Below, piece by piece: positions 14,301-26,720 of a stretch of DNA of 64,000 nt (position 1 is its first letter; each line of letters starts with the position of its first letter). Below the pieces are notes generated by a model, which was not told where the DNA came from, searched no databases, and saw only the letters and a program-made list of their open reading frames with translations. The stretch lies in NCBI RefSeq assembly GCF_009914755.1, contig NC_060937.1. One strand, given 5' to 3'. Made by a program: the position numbers and the translations under genes. The DNA comes from the human T2T-CHM13v2.0 reference genome, Homo sapiens.

Positions 14301-16412
14301 TTTTAATTTACAAAAGTATTTTAGATTTTTAAAAATTAAATTTACCTGTTCTATTCATTGTTGTGTAAAACTGGTAGGTATATGCTGACACAGTTTTATT
14401 TCTCTACCCAAGTTAATTCTACTATAAAAGGTAGTGTGATTAACTAGTGATACATAAATTTACATGTGTATAATTCTTTTTAAAGATATTGGAACAAGAA
14501 AGAATAAGAGACTTCAATATTAACAACTACGCTTAGCCAATAAAGCAGTTATGCCATAAGGACATAAAAATATTAAGGTGAATTTTTAAAACTATAGGGA
14601 AAAAAGTGCTCTGCCAGCCCCATTAGATGAAGCTATAGCAGCACAAAGCTGTAGTGTAAGAGGTTTGCATATGTTCAGGGAAAACCCTAGCAGGAAGAGA
14701 CTTTCAAAAGCACTGAACATTTGAACTGCTTTCTCACCATAAGTTTCTAGTAATTGTGGCTGGTGGCCCAGGATATTAGATGGTCAGCCGGGCCACCTGC
14801 ACTTGTCATTGCTTAAGAGTAACTGCAAGCCTGCCTAATATCGAAGTGTTGGAAAAATCAGGTATAAATAACAAATGTAAAACAATGTTAAATCTCCTTT
14901 GCTTTGGCCCATGTATATCTTAGCTACTTTTCATCTTTCCTATATCTACTATGTTAATATAAGTATAGCTTTTCAATTACCATCACATGCAAGTAAAATA
15001 AATAACATCTCCCTTTCCCACAAACCTATAAAGTGTTGAATACAAAGATGAACAATATGAATGAAAGAATATCTGAATAGGCTATGTTTAAATATGGGAA
15101 ATATTGAAATTCACCAATTTGTAGTAGAACATTATGATTTGAACAATATGGAATTCAGATGCAAATATAGCTCTGGATATATTAAAATTTTAATCCTATT
15201 TCAATAAAAAATATGATATTTAATACATGTCACAAACCATTACATTGAAAGATTCAAAGGTTATAATGTCAAAACTGGAGATTGAAAGCTGGAAAGAGTA
15301 GAGACTTCCATAATGCTATTTTTTTTTTTTTATTTCTGTGTAGCTTTAAAACTGTACTTGGAAATTAGAACAAATTCTAGCTAAGCAAGGAAAATGGTTG
15401 AGAAAAGCAAAGGGTCAGTCCGCTTTACTTTCTTCTTTCTTTCTATATTTTTTCCGTTTGTCACTAAGTCAGAAGAAAAGCCAAACAGAAGGCTCAGGGT
15501 AAGCTGTGTTTTGGAAATTTTGACAACAAAACACATAAAGCATATGTTCTTAAGAGATTTCAGAAAAATGTAATCTTTAACTATAGCTATTTAAATGTAG
15601 CACTGATAATTAAAATTAACTGACAGCATTCAAATTTTTTTAGGGTGTATTTGGGATCATGGATAGCAAAGAACAACATTTTTAAAATTCTTAATTTCCC
15701 GGGAATAATAAAGTGTATATTTTTATACAAGACTATATTCTCTGAAAACATAATATAATTGTAGTATGTATTTAATAAAATATATACTGAATTTGTTTAT
15801 ATATTTAATATGTATTATCAATGCATATCATATCCTTTTAGTATATGTTTATTTTATATATACCATATATGTTCTCTTACAAATATGTACTTATTATAAA
15901 TATATCTGTTCTCTTAAAAGTTTGAACCAGCATATTAAAATGTTGAAAAAACCTTACAATTAAGAAAACTGCTTAAATTTGTTTTACTCAGTATTTCATA
16001 CATATCTCTATGTTTTTTTCTTTTCAACCAAATAGCTATTAGAATATCTGAAAGATCCAATTGTGAATTAAAGTAAAAATATCTGTGATTAGTTTGGTTT
16101 TGTAGATGTTTAGTTTCGTTATAACATATTGTTCTTGGCTCTGGGAGGTTGACAGGTGTTATCACAAGCTTCACACTCTAAATAATTATCTCCTGTTGTC
16201 CCATATTAAGGGGAAAATACTTAACAATAATTGAAAGTTGAACATAATTATTTCTGCTAGACAATGAGCATCCTAGCATAATAATTGGAATTTTTTTTCC
16301 TGAGTTTTAATTCTCTTCATCAAGAAAAGAAGCTAATTTTTAAAACTTTTAGCAAGTATTTATATTATACATGCCATGGGTATATACATTTTCTCCAAAA
16401 ATAAATGTCTGA

Positions 16413-16775
16413 TGTTATCAGTCTGATTTCACACTGCTGATAAAAACATATATGAAATGGGATAAATTACAAAGAAAAGGAGGTTTAATGGACTCAATTC
16501 CAGGTGGCTGGGGAAGCCTCACAATCATGGCAGAAGGCAGAAGGCAAGTCTTACATGGCAGCAGGCAAGAGACAGAATGAGAAGCAAGTGAAAGGAGTTT
16601 CTCCTTATAAAACCATGAGATCTCGTGAGACTTATTCACTATCATGAGAAGGGTATAGACGAAACCGCCTCCGTGATTGAATTGTCTCCCACCGGGTTCC
16701 TCCCACAACACATGGGAATTATGGGAGCTGCAATTCAAGGTGAACTTTGGGTGGGGACACAGCCAAACCATATCA
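16413..16775 (-). mobile_element. THE1 (THE1B/C-like) MaLR solo LTR
   Basis: Ends 'gggtggggacacagccaaaccatatca'; contains 'cctcacaatcatggcagaagg'; about 360 bp. Confidence 0.9.
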
Positions 16776-17099
16776 CCAATTAAAGTGAGTTTGCTATCGT
16801 TAGCATGAGAGCCATAGAATAACTGTCTTTTCCCATAGGTGCAGCAACCTGGGATTTGATATCAGAATTTCCACAATGACCTTGTCGGCTTTTTCTGTGG
16901 ACTCTACCCATAAGGGAAGAGTATGTTCAACCACAAATTATGTCACCTGAATGGCATAATGTCATAGGCTCCTCAAAGTGTCCAAATATCTACTCTACAA
17001 ATTGCCCTCACATTTTGACAATTGTTATTAGGATAAGTGTCCAAATATCATTTTAAAAACAGAAAAGACAACATCATTCATTATAGTAGTTTTGTGTAC

Positions 17100-17260
17100 A
17101 TTACACACCTAGGATTGTACAAGCATTTGCCTCACTAAGCCATCATTTAAGAAGTTATTAATTGAGACTTAGGAGTTAAATAACATGCCAAGTGATACAC
17201 ACTAGCCAGCTGTTAACCTGGGATTTAAACTAGAATTCTAACTTTGAAGCCTGTATTATT
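17100..17260 (-). mobile_element. MIR fragment
   Basis: 'attgagacttaggagttaaataacatgccaagtgatacacactag...gggatttaaact'. Confidence 0.55.
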
Positions 17261-18688
17261 ATTCTGCATTGTTCCATCACATCATATTTTATCAATACTA
17301 TTGTTAAGCAGAAGATGCTACTAAGTGACAATTAAATTAGAAAGACTGAATAGAAAATGAAATTTCTACTGGATTTACTGAAAATAAAGATGCTAAGAAA
17401 TGTTACTACTTTTTTTTTGAACTAAGGAGAATTTTAAGATAATAAGATCCAAATTCTTTTTTTACGAAAGGGAAACTTAAAGTATGTGTGACTAATTCCA
17501 AACTGCACAACAAATAGGGATTAAAACGGATGTCAGTTGACCTCTATCAGCCTTGACAGAAAGAGAAACTACTCTTTAGTTTTAGAGTTATACTCACTCT
17601 TCATTTCCCTTTCTTTATTGGAGCATCAGCAACTCTTCTGGCAATAATGCCTTAAATGTTGCTTTAAACCTGGCTTCTAACTCACCTCATGAGGATATTT
17701 TATCATAGGGAGTGGGCAGAGGAAGATAGTCAAGAGTGAGTATGGAAGAGAACCAAAGACCAACTTGCTTCTCCACTTAATTTTGTGGTAAGCTAAGCCT
17801 CTCTGTTGACTAAAGCAGTATATGCTGTAGAATATACTCAGTCACACTGTCTAATGGTGCCTTGCAGATTTATTTATATGTGCTTCTAATCACGACTATT
17901 TTCCCTGCTGGAAACTGAAAGTAGAATTGGCCCTCCTTTCCCAAAGAAGCCCTTTCTGTATTCTTCATACCCAGGGGACTATGGCACGATGGATTCAGTA
18001 GATTTCACAAAATAGAAATTGAACATAGTCAAGTGAAAAATACAGTCTGCAAATGTGAGAAAATAAATTAGGATAAACACTGGTAAGTTTTACTGTCAGA
18101 AATTAGTTATTTTTAGGATCTGATATCAGAAGGGATTCATCAAACTATGAATGAGCAGCTAATCACAAAAGAGCAGAGCAGGGGACCACCTTATCTACTG
18201 CATAGATTCTAAACTAAACTTACACATTCTTAGTTTTCATGCAGGTCATTTGAAGAACTTTGTTGGCATAGGCAGAGTGCATCCCCTATACCATTCTTTA
18301 GATTATCTCTTCCTGTTAGCTATTAACATGGAGGCCTCATGTTCAAGAGCCATTTGGAATCATCGATTTGATACATGAATCAATATAGCCCAGGAATATT
18401 ATAGGGATCCTCACTAAATATGCACACACAAAAAAACTTCTGTAGTGTTAAGTAGATAAGAGTAGGGTTGTTACTACATCATAGTTTATAACATGCTTAT
18501 ACAATGAACTCAACAAAAACTTTCCATTGCCTAACAAAAGCAAGTGAAAATTAATAAGAGATTATCCTAGACATGGACAAATAGTCCCTTTGAGAGGGTA
18601 CTTGCTTCTATGGTTGGAAATAGGTGTAAACTCAAACACTGAATAAGATTACAACCACCTTACCTAGTACCAGATCATAGACATCCTA

Positions 18689-18864
18689 TTGGCCAAAGCA
18701 GAAACCGACCATCACTAGAAACTCTCTGCTGTAAATAGGGAAACAAAAACCAGAATTCTGGATTTAACTCCATGTTGGTCAAAGCAAAAACTGACCATCA
18801 CTGGAAACTCTCTGCTTTAAACAGAAAAACAAAAAAAAACCCACCAGAATTCGGGTACCAACTC
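18689..18864 (+). repeat. Tandem duplication, ~86 bp unit x2
   Basis: 'ttggccaaagcagaaaccgaccatcactagaaactctctgct' (18689) vs 'ttggtcaaagcaaaaactgaccatcactggaaactctctgct' (18775); both end ccagaattc..aactc. Confidence 0.9.
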
Positions 18865-18999
18865 TCGGTGCCCACAAGGAGCTGATCTTAAGCTGATCCT
18901 ATGTTTTTCAATGAAAATTATAATCACTGACTAGATTAAGAAGAGGACCCAGAGGATCTACAGTTAATTAGCTAGGACAGGATTTTACAAAGACATTCC

Positions 19000-19240
19000 A
19001 AGGAACAAATAGTCCACAAGATGCCTCCAATAAAGCATTTATAGGCAAATACGTTTGGGAAATCATAGAAATTCAGAAAGCACATTTGCATATTAAAGTC
19101 TCCAGTTAAGACATCTGTGCAACTTTGCAGAATGTGAGTTTATTTCTAAATTTATTTGTTCATTGTATTATTTATTTTTGTAAACTTAGTTAATATTGAG
19201 TTTCTGGCATTTCCGGAATACCTTTTAGGAATGAAACTAA
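19000..19240. mobile_element. Old hAT-Charlie element (MER103-like)
   Basis: 'aaatacgtttgggaaat', 'atttgcatattaaag', 'tttctaaatttatttg'; weak match. Confidence 0.4.
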
Positions 19241-22139
19241 TGTAGAGATCTCTTAGAGTGATGCAGTGGTAACCATGGCTATAGAAAAACACTGTGAAAA
19301 AGGAAATGTGTTATATCAAAAAAGGATAAGTCCGAACAGTAAAGCCACATCATACCAAGTTGTATTCGCCTCAACACACTAAAGGCGAAACCATGCGATT
19401 GACCTAATCCTAGCAGCAATGGTAGTTGCAGCTGTCAATATATGATCTCATCATGGTAGGAATACAAACATTCTACCTTTACACACAGAAATTGATATGA
19501 AACCTGGTCATTTGTATGCCTTTAGGTCATTTTTAGAGATTAAGTTATTTATGTTGTCTGATAGGAATGTCTCATGTTGACATTTTTGTCTTTTATTACA
19601 ACTTAAAACTTCCACTTGCTATATTGAGATCAACTTGCTTCAAAATAGGAAGCTGGCATGAACAACTTTGACTGTGCAAAGGTTTCTTTATAGGGTCTCA
19701 AGACAATAGCAAGATGAGTTTTCTAAATGATAATATGGATATTTAGTGGCATGAGCATTCTTCAAACAAAGATTAAAATACACATGCCAAGAAAGGGAGA
19801 AAACACAGTGAGGGAACTAATCACAAGTACCACTGAATTTAGGTTCCTGTTTTTGTGACTTCAAAAATGTACCTTCTAACAAAGCAACAGGAATCTATCC
19901 TTGAAATGCTAGTAGGTCTTTTCTGAGTTAGTGATAGACAGTGAAAGCCTTTCTCAAAAAACAAAACAAAACAAAACAAAAAACACATATAGCTTCTGTA
20001 AGATACTTGGGAAAGCTCACAGGAAAATAAGAATATGGTCTTCCTGCAAATAATGACAGCAGGAGCTACTTCTCTATATTACTCACAGATATAGATATAG
20101 AAAATCTGGAATAAAATGGCAAAATATAAATAATAATTGTCTTTGTGTAAATAACATTTTGAGTGATTTATTTTCTATATTTTGTGTTCTCTGTTGCCCC
20201 CTTTTCAAGATAAGTACTTATTATTTTGCCAATCATACAAAGTAGAAAGATATTTTTATAAAATTAAGAAAAAAGATGAAAGCAATACAAAATTCTGAGT
20301 GGTTTGACAGGATTTTACACAAATCTCAGAACAGATAGATCCAGACGGTTAATATCATGATATCTAACATTTCCATATAAACACATTTTATTTATTATTT
20401 GGGAATAAATAATGAGATCCTCAGCTTTGCCTGTGGAATCAGACCTTGGCAATCAGCACTAGTTTACTTTCTAAAACAAACATCTGTTTTTTCTCAGGTT
20501 ACCACAGAATCAATTTGAAACATAGTCACCACTGATGAGTGGACAACCTGCTATTTCTTTGACTGGTTTCAAATTATTGTAGTCCTTTATAAACTTCTTT
20601 TTCTTCAGCAGCCTGTGTTATTGCCAAATTCCTTAAGAAGTTTCTGCAAGCATCATTGTCCAGCAATGTCCATTAGAAAATGCACAATGTTAGGAATGCT
20701 TTAGATTGTTAATCTGCCTTGAAGCAATCCTGGATCATATCAAGAAGATCCGATTTCAGCCAAGATAGGAAGTTGAAAATTCTCAGCGAAAATTGATCAT
20801 GAAAGTGTATTAGTTTAGCAAAATGCCAATCAAATGATGCAGGCAGAGATGAGCTAGAGAGGCTAATGAGGAAAGTGAGCACATCTTTGGCACACTAACA
20901 GATAGCATATTGTCCTCTGGCTTCCAGCTCATACTTTCTACTTAAAATAAAATTCTCAGACAATTCCTCGGTTGTGATACACTGTGAGCCCAGTGGCAAT
21001 GGAGTCACAGGCATTACAATTTAGCTTTATGGGGCTAGTCTGTAAAAGAGGGTGAATGACAGGAAGTCAAACCACATACTGACTGATAAGTTGAAGAAGG
21101 GTGATCACAAACAAGTCAGGCAGAGAAAACATCACAAAACCCCATTATTTGGCAAGTTGAAGCAGTGTGAGACATTGCTGATGGCTGAGAAGTGACAGCA
21201 GGGAAAGAAAAAGAAATATATAGTAGCGTGTAAGCTACTGAATAGGGAAAGCTCGATTTGTGCAAAAATGTCATGAAGTCCTTGGGGCAGAGGCAAAAGC
21301 CTGCATGATGACAGGTCCTGCAAGCAGTGGTCATAGCCAGTGACTAAGAAACAGTGCACAAATATTCTCCTGCCTGAGCTGCATTGCAAATAAGAAGTTT
21401 ATGTTTTCAACCAAGCCCATAGAAAAATATTGACATCAAATATTTTTAAAGATGGGATCCTAAAAATGCTATCTTTTGCTGAGTCACACAGAATAGTAAT
21501 GAATTATAGAGTCGTCATTTAAATTGTAAAGTATGGTTTGTCTGATATAATTACTGAATTGTAATTATGCACAATTAGTGAGATTTAACACTTTTAATTG
21601 CTTAAATATGTAAATGGAATTCATTCATTTTCTGTACAGGTGCACTGCTATGAGAGTTTGCAAAACAGCTGTAAAATTATTGACAGTTAAATGAAAGAAT
21701 AAAGAATGCTTTTACATACCTGTGCTGACATGACACCTCTCCTCTTCTTTCACTGATATCCACATACAGTTTCAGAGACAACACATATCTGTCACTGAAA
21801 ATATTTTTGACAACCTATCAGAAATGACCTTTCCTGACAACCTGTCTCCAAGAAGCTTGTCCTTCAGGGCTGCTACAATGGCCAATAAGACACACTTGAT
21901 CCATTGACTTATTTAGGAAGTGGAGTGGACAGAGCTGACTACGTAACAAGAGCCGGGCAAAGTAAAAAGGAGGAATATAGAAAAACTCCAAGATATGATG
22001 CTGGGCAAATGTTTAGATGGTGAATCCAAATATAGGTGCTCAATTACTGTAATGCATCATTTTAAACCTAACATGCCAGTAGCCTCTTCCCTCTCAACAT
22101 CACCTTTTTACTACAGCATATTCAGAGGGTATCTAGTAG

Positions 22140-22490
22140 AACTGTGGTTCTATATGTTACTATGTGTTACATAAAAATGTCTTTTGACAGTCTGAAATTA
22201 TTGTGAAATACTAGGTTATGCAAAGTTAAGCACCTTATAAACAGTACGTCAAAGACTTTCCATATTAATGTATGTATTACACATCTTCAAGAATGATTAT
22301 GGGATGTAACTTCCTGACACCCTGATTTGTCTAAAACTTATTTGCTAGTTGAACTCCCCCACAACATATTAATGTGTGCATTACGTATCTTCAAAAAATG
22401 ATTATAGGATGCAACTTCCTGACTTGTCTAAAACTTATTTGCTAGTTGAACTGTCTCATGACATTTTTTAACAAACTAAAATTGCGGTGA
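22140..22490. mobile_element. Old hAT-Charlie element (MER103-like) carrying an internal duplication
   Basis: 'gaaatactaggttatgcaaagttaagca' and 'aaacttatttg' motifs. Confidence 0.4.
22261..22452 (+). repeat. Tandem duplication, ~104 bp period
   Basis: 'catattaatgt...tcttcaa...aatgattat..gatg.aacttcctgac...ttgtctaaaacttatttgctagttgaact' at 22261-22355 and 22365-22452. Confidence 0.9.
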
Positions 22491-22539
22491 AAAAGGCTTC
22501 AATCAGCTATTTTCTGTTTAATAATTTAGGGTTATCTGA

Positions 22540-22680
22540 ATATATGTATCTTTCTTTCTCTCAACTTTAGATTCTTTGAGGGGAGCAGTGGGATATTGCC
22601 TACCTCTATAATGCTGGGACTTAACGTAATTCTTTAACATAGTGAAACTCAATATATGTTTATACAATTAATAAGCAAGT
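22540..22680 (+). mobile_element. L2 3' end fragment
   Basis: 'agattctttgagggg...acatagtgaaactcaatatatgttt'. Confidence 0.45.
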
Positions 22681-22963
22681 GATGATGATTGTAATTCTAA
22701 CACTGTATCACTCTCAAATTAATGTGATGCTATTTTTTTCCAATTTCTGCCAACTTGGGCATAATTTGATAAATCTTGAAAACACGAACATAGAAACAGC
22801 TGTTAGAAACTATATAATATTCATTGTCTAAAATTCTTGACCCTTGTGTTATCCTGTATACATATCACTTAAAAACTAATTTGTATAGATTTGATATCTC
22901 CAATTATGGTAATCATACATAATTAAAACACACATACTTTCTGGGATAGACTTGCTAAATAAA

Positions 22964-23572
22964 TGTAGTTGAAACCTTTAAGGTGACCCAAAATGAGACA
23001 CATCCTTGTGTAAGCCCATCCTCTTGATCCTGTGACATGCTTCTACTCAAGAGAATATGGTAAAGGTGATGAGACATCATAGCGATTATGCTTTCTTATA
23101 TGGTAAAAATGAGATATTTTGTTGATGTTATTAAGGTCCCCAATTGATTGCCATTCAATTAATACAAAGGGAAACTATTCTAGGTATGACTAACCAAATT
23201 ATACTTTGCCTTTAAAGCAAACAAACAAACAAAAAACTAGGTCTTCCCTGAAGGCGGAGACTCAAAGCAGCAGAAACTCTTTCTTTCCACAGCTGGCTTC
23301 TAAGAAGCAAGCTACCGTGAACTATACAACCAAACAAAATAAATTCACTCACCAGGCTGGAGAAATGGATCCTTCTCTAGTCTGGCTTCCAGATAAGAAC
23401 ACAGCCCAGCTGATACCTTCATTTCAAGTATTGCAGACCCTGAGCAGAGAACCCAGATGTTGATCAGAAATGCCCTCGTGTTGGACTTACAGGAAATGAT
23501 CGAACAAAACATGGATATTGATTTAAGATGCTAAAGTTGTGGTAATTTATTACACAGCATAAAATATCGATA
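22964..23572 (+). mobile_element. MLT1-family MaLR LTR
   Basis: 'attaaggtccccaatt', 'ttccagataagaacacagcccagctgatacctt', 'gaccctgagcagagaacccag', 'tttaagatgctaaagttgtggtaatttattacacagca'. Confidence 0.75.
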
Positions 23573-23574
23573 TT

Positions 23575-23746
23575 TGAAAATTAAAGCTCAGGGAAAAAAT
23601 AAGTTTGTTTTTAGTATATGTATGTCCCAAATATTACATGGGGCAAAAATATTTGTTTCTTACCTGAAATTTGAATTTAGTAGATAGCCTGAATTGTATT
23701 ATTTATTTGTTTGCTTATTTATTATTTTTAAATCTGCCAATCCTAC
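23575..23746. mobile_element. MER53 (palindromic hAT element), partial
   Basis: 'ttttagtatatgtatgtcccaaatattacatggg...tgaaatttgaattta...aaatctgccaatccta'. Confidence 0.65.
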
Positions 23747-24499
23747 TTGGGAAATTCTGTTCACATTTATCACTTCTTCAACTCTACAGTTAATTCACTA
23801 GTACTTACCATTTAAAGTTTATTCTGGGAAGAGTAGTAAAATCTCAACAAACTATTCTAGGGGAAAAAATTGAGGCCACAAATTAAGGAAGTTTTAGATT
23901 CATATAGTGTAGAGAGCCTGTTTTGCTTTACCATTTTTATCCTAGCCATACCCACACATGCCAATAATTCAAAACAGGTTGTCACTTTTAAACACACACA
24001 TACACGTAAACACACAGCCATTAAAACACACCCCTAAAACCACATGCTGTGCAATAGCTTAGTTCTCTCTAAAGAATATTTTGTAGAATTTCCTTTAAAA
24101 TCAAAATCAGAACAATTAAAATATTTTTAAAGTCTATATTCATTTAATTTCCAAATTTATCTTAATGTCACAGGGATCCAAGTAAACTAGTAAAATAATC
24201 AATACTAGACTTTTGGATTACAGTTGTATTTTCTTTAAACATGGTACCTGCCATTAAGTTCCCAATACATCCTGAGAATTTCTCTATAATGAGGCTATTG
24301 TTTTAGACTTTAGATGGCCTTTAAACGAAAAAGAGCCCAGGTTTTGATGTCGGTGAAATTCTGTTTAATCCTATGTTCTTACAGTTGTTCTAAATACAAT
24401 TCACTTTTTATATATTCACTTCAGGAGTTTATGTAATATATCTGACAGAACTATGGTTATTAGAGAGAGAAAAGCAGAAAAGGGACAAAGGCATGGTGA

Positions 24500-24700
24500 T
24501 CATGAGAAATGTGTATAGGCTTGTACTCTGTCAAACGCTTTCACCTATGTATCGTCTCTTTTTACCTTTTACCTTACCCAGATGCTATGAGGCAAGTAAG
24601 GAAGATGGTATTAACTTCATTTTTCAGAAGAAGAAAATGAAAGAGCAAGGTTACATAACTCACGATTTGGCACTTGAACCCACAGCTTCATGTAAACTAT
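24500..24700 (-). mobile_element. MIR fragment
   Basis: 'ctatgaggcaag...tattaacttcatttttcagaagaagaaaatga...cacttgaacccac'. Confidence 0.55.
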
Positions 24701-26569
24701 TTTTTTTCCAATTTATTTTGTCTCAATTACTTTCACTTAGAGCATCTCAATTAAGGAAACCCTACTATTTATTTGTAAACCCCTTTCTTTGTGTGAGGCT
24801 ACTTGAGAAGAAAAAAGTAAAAGACAAAATTTACAGACACAAATACTGATTCATAATATTCCATTGATGAATAGGAATTCATGGATAGAGGGCAAAGAGC
24901 TAGTTCAAGCAGAAAATGGCTTATATCCTGTACTTCACCAGGGAAGTAATTCTGATCTCGGTTTGTTTTGTTCATTCCTCCATCATTGTAGCATGACTAT
25001 GAGATCTCAGCTATCCAGCTGTCACAGAGGAAGTGGGAATTTTCAACCATGAATGTCAAGTCATCTTTTCAATGTGAAGGTTTGCTACTGCCGAATAAGA
25101 AACACCATTTTGTTTTCAGGTATGTGAGAGTAAATCATTATACAGAATACCAGATCTCCATATTTTAAAATATGATAATGATAAAGTTATTTTATCCTGT
25201 AGAAAGACTGTTGATAGTTAAGATCAGTCTAGGGTTCACACTGGTGTAGAGGATTAGATCACCTCTTCTTTCTTCTTTTTTTTCAAGGGTCTATTGAAAA
25301 GCTCTCAGTCTAGCTGGGTAGCTCACTCTTTGACGTGTAAGTTGTTCTTCTGTTACTGAGACTACAAAGAGGTTAGTTTAACCAAATGTAACCTTTCTCT
25401 TCATACGCAGTAATGAATGCACATGGACTCTCACTTAAATGTCATTGTCACCCGGATGTTCACATGAGATAGGCAAAAGTAGTTCACGGCAAGGGAAACC
25501 ACTTCAGCCAATAAATATCTGTGATGTGTAATGCCACGTTACCTTTCGAAAGAAAGAGGTTTTTTTTTACATGTTGAGGATTTTATTTGTTTTGTTTTTT
25601 TTGTATTATATCCCTTAGTCATATACATTTGAAAAATGGCTGTACATATTACAAATGTCATATAATTAATTTTAAATGGAAAACAATAAAACTTCTACAT
25701 AAATCATCATTGACATTAATTTAAACATGGTCAATGCATCATTTGAATTCTAGGTAGTTCCATATACTGTTTCGCAGATGTGTCTTAATTTTGTGTCTGT
25801 TCAGAAATAACTAGAAAAATATTTAAAAGCTTTTTACATGGCTAAATATATAAACATATTTTTACTATAGGATTTTTCATTCCAACATTTGGTTTTTAAA
25901 ATGTCACAAACAATTGTTAGTTTCCTGAGAGATAACCTAATTTGGGCGGTGTGAAATTCATTGGTTTTAGGTTCACATGCATTTCAATGACTTTTTTATT
26001 TTTGTTATTCATCTCAATTGAGTTTTAAGTTATATTTCCTTTAGTTCTTAGCCTTCAAACTTTAAATATGATTCAATTACCTCAAATTCTGGCAAGGACT
26101 AATAATATTACATTCCCATAGGGGAACAAACAACCATTAAGTATTGTTGATATATTTTTCGTATGAAAGTAAAGCAGTATAAAATTAAATTTTATTATTA
26201 ATATCACTGGCAGAATAAATTATTCCCAAGGGTCAAATTATTCTATTTTATATGTAGAATCTAAATTTTGCATGATAATCTTATATTTTGCCATTGTAGA
26301 AGTCAGGCTAATTTTCTGATCACAGCTATAAATATTTATCCTTTTTATTTTCCATATTGTGAAGATTTGTTAAACGAAAATAGATTAACTCATTTCTATC
26401 TGACCTTATTACAGATATGCTAAGGAAAACATTCCTTGAAATTTAAATCTGGCATAATTCAGAACAATTACTATCTAGAAAAATCAGCAAGTTTTCCTAA
26501 ATCTTCTGAAGAAAGCTTTCTGATCTTCTTTATTATAGTTTTTGAAATTTTATTTTTTTTTTAAGAAAA

Positions 26570-26720
26570 GGTAATATAATGCCTATTATGAGCCAGCCAC
26601 TTTGGAGATATTAACACATTGAATCCAAATAACAACTCTATGAGTACTAACTTATTTTGTAATTGAGGAAACTGCATCACATCAAGATTGGATAACTTGC
26701 CTCAAGAGATACATATATGA
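26570..26720 (-). mobile_element. MIR fragment
   Basis: 'aacaactctatgag...ttttgtaattgaggaaactg...taacttgcctcaag'. Confidence 0.55.

Noticed and set aside
20480-20830. Unique sequence that looked coding-like
   Set aside because: Hand translation of the minus strand gives only short frames with no recognisable protein, and the ORF track shows nothing on either strand.
18689-22452. Repeated units considered as a CRISPR-like or array system
   Set aside because: Only two-copy tandem duplications with no repeat-spacer structure, in clearly primate DNA with no cas-like ORFs.
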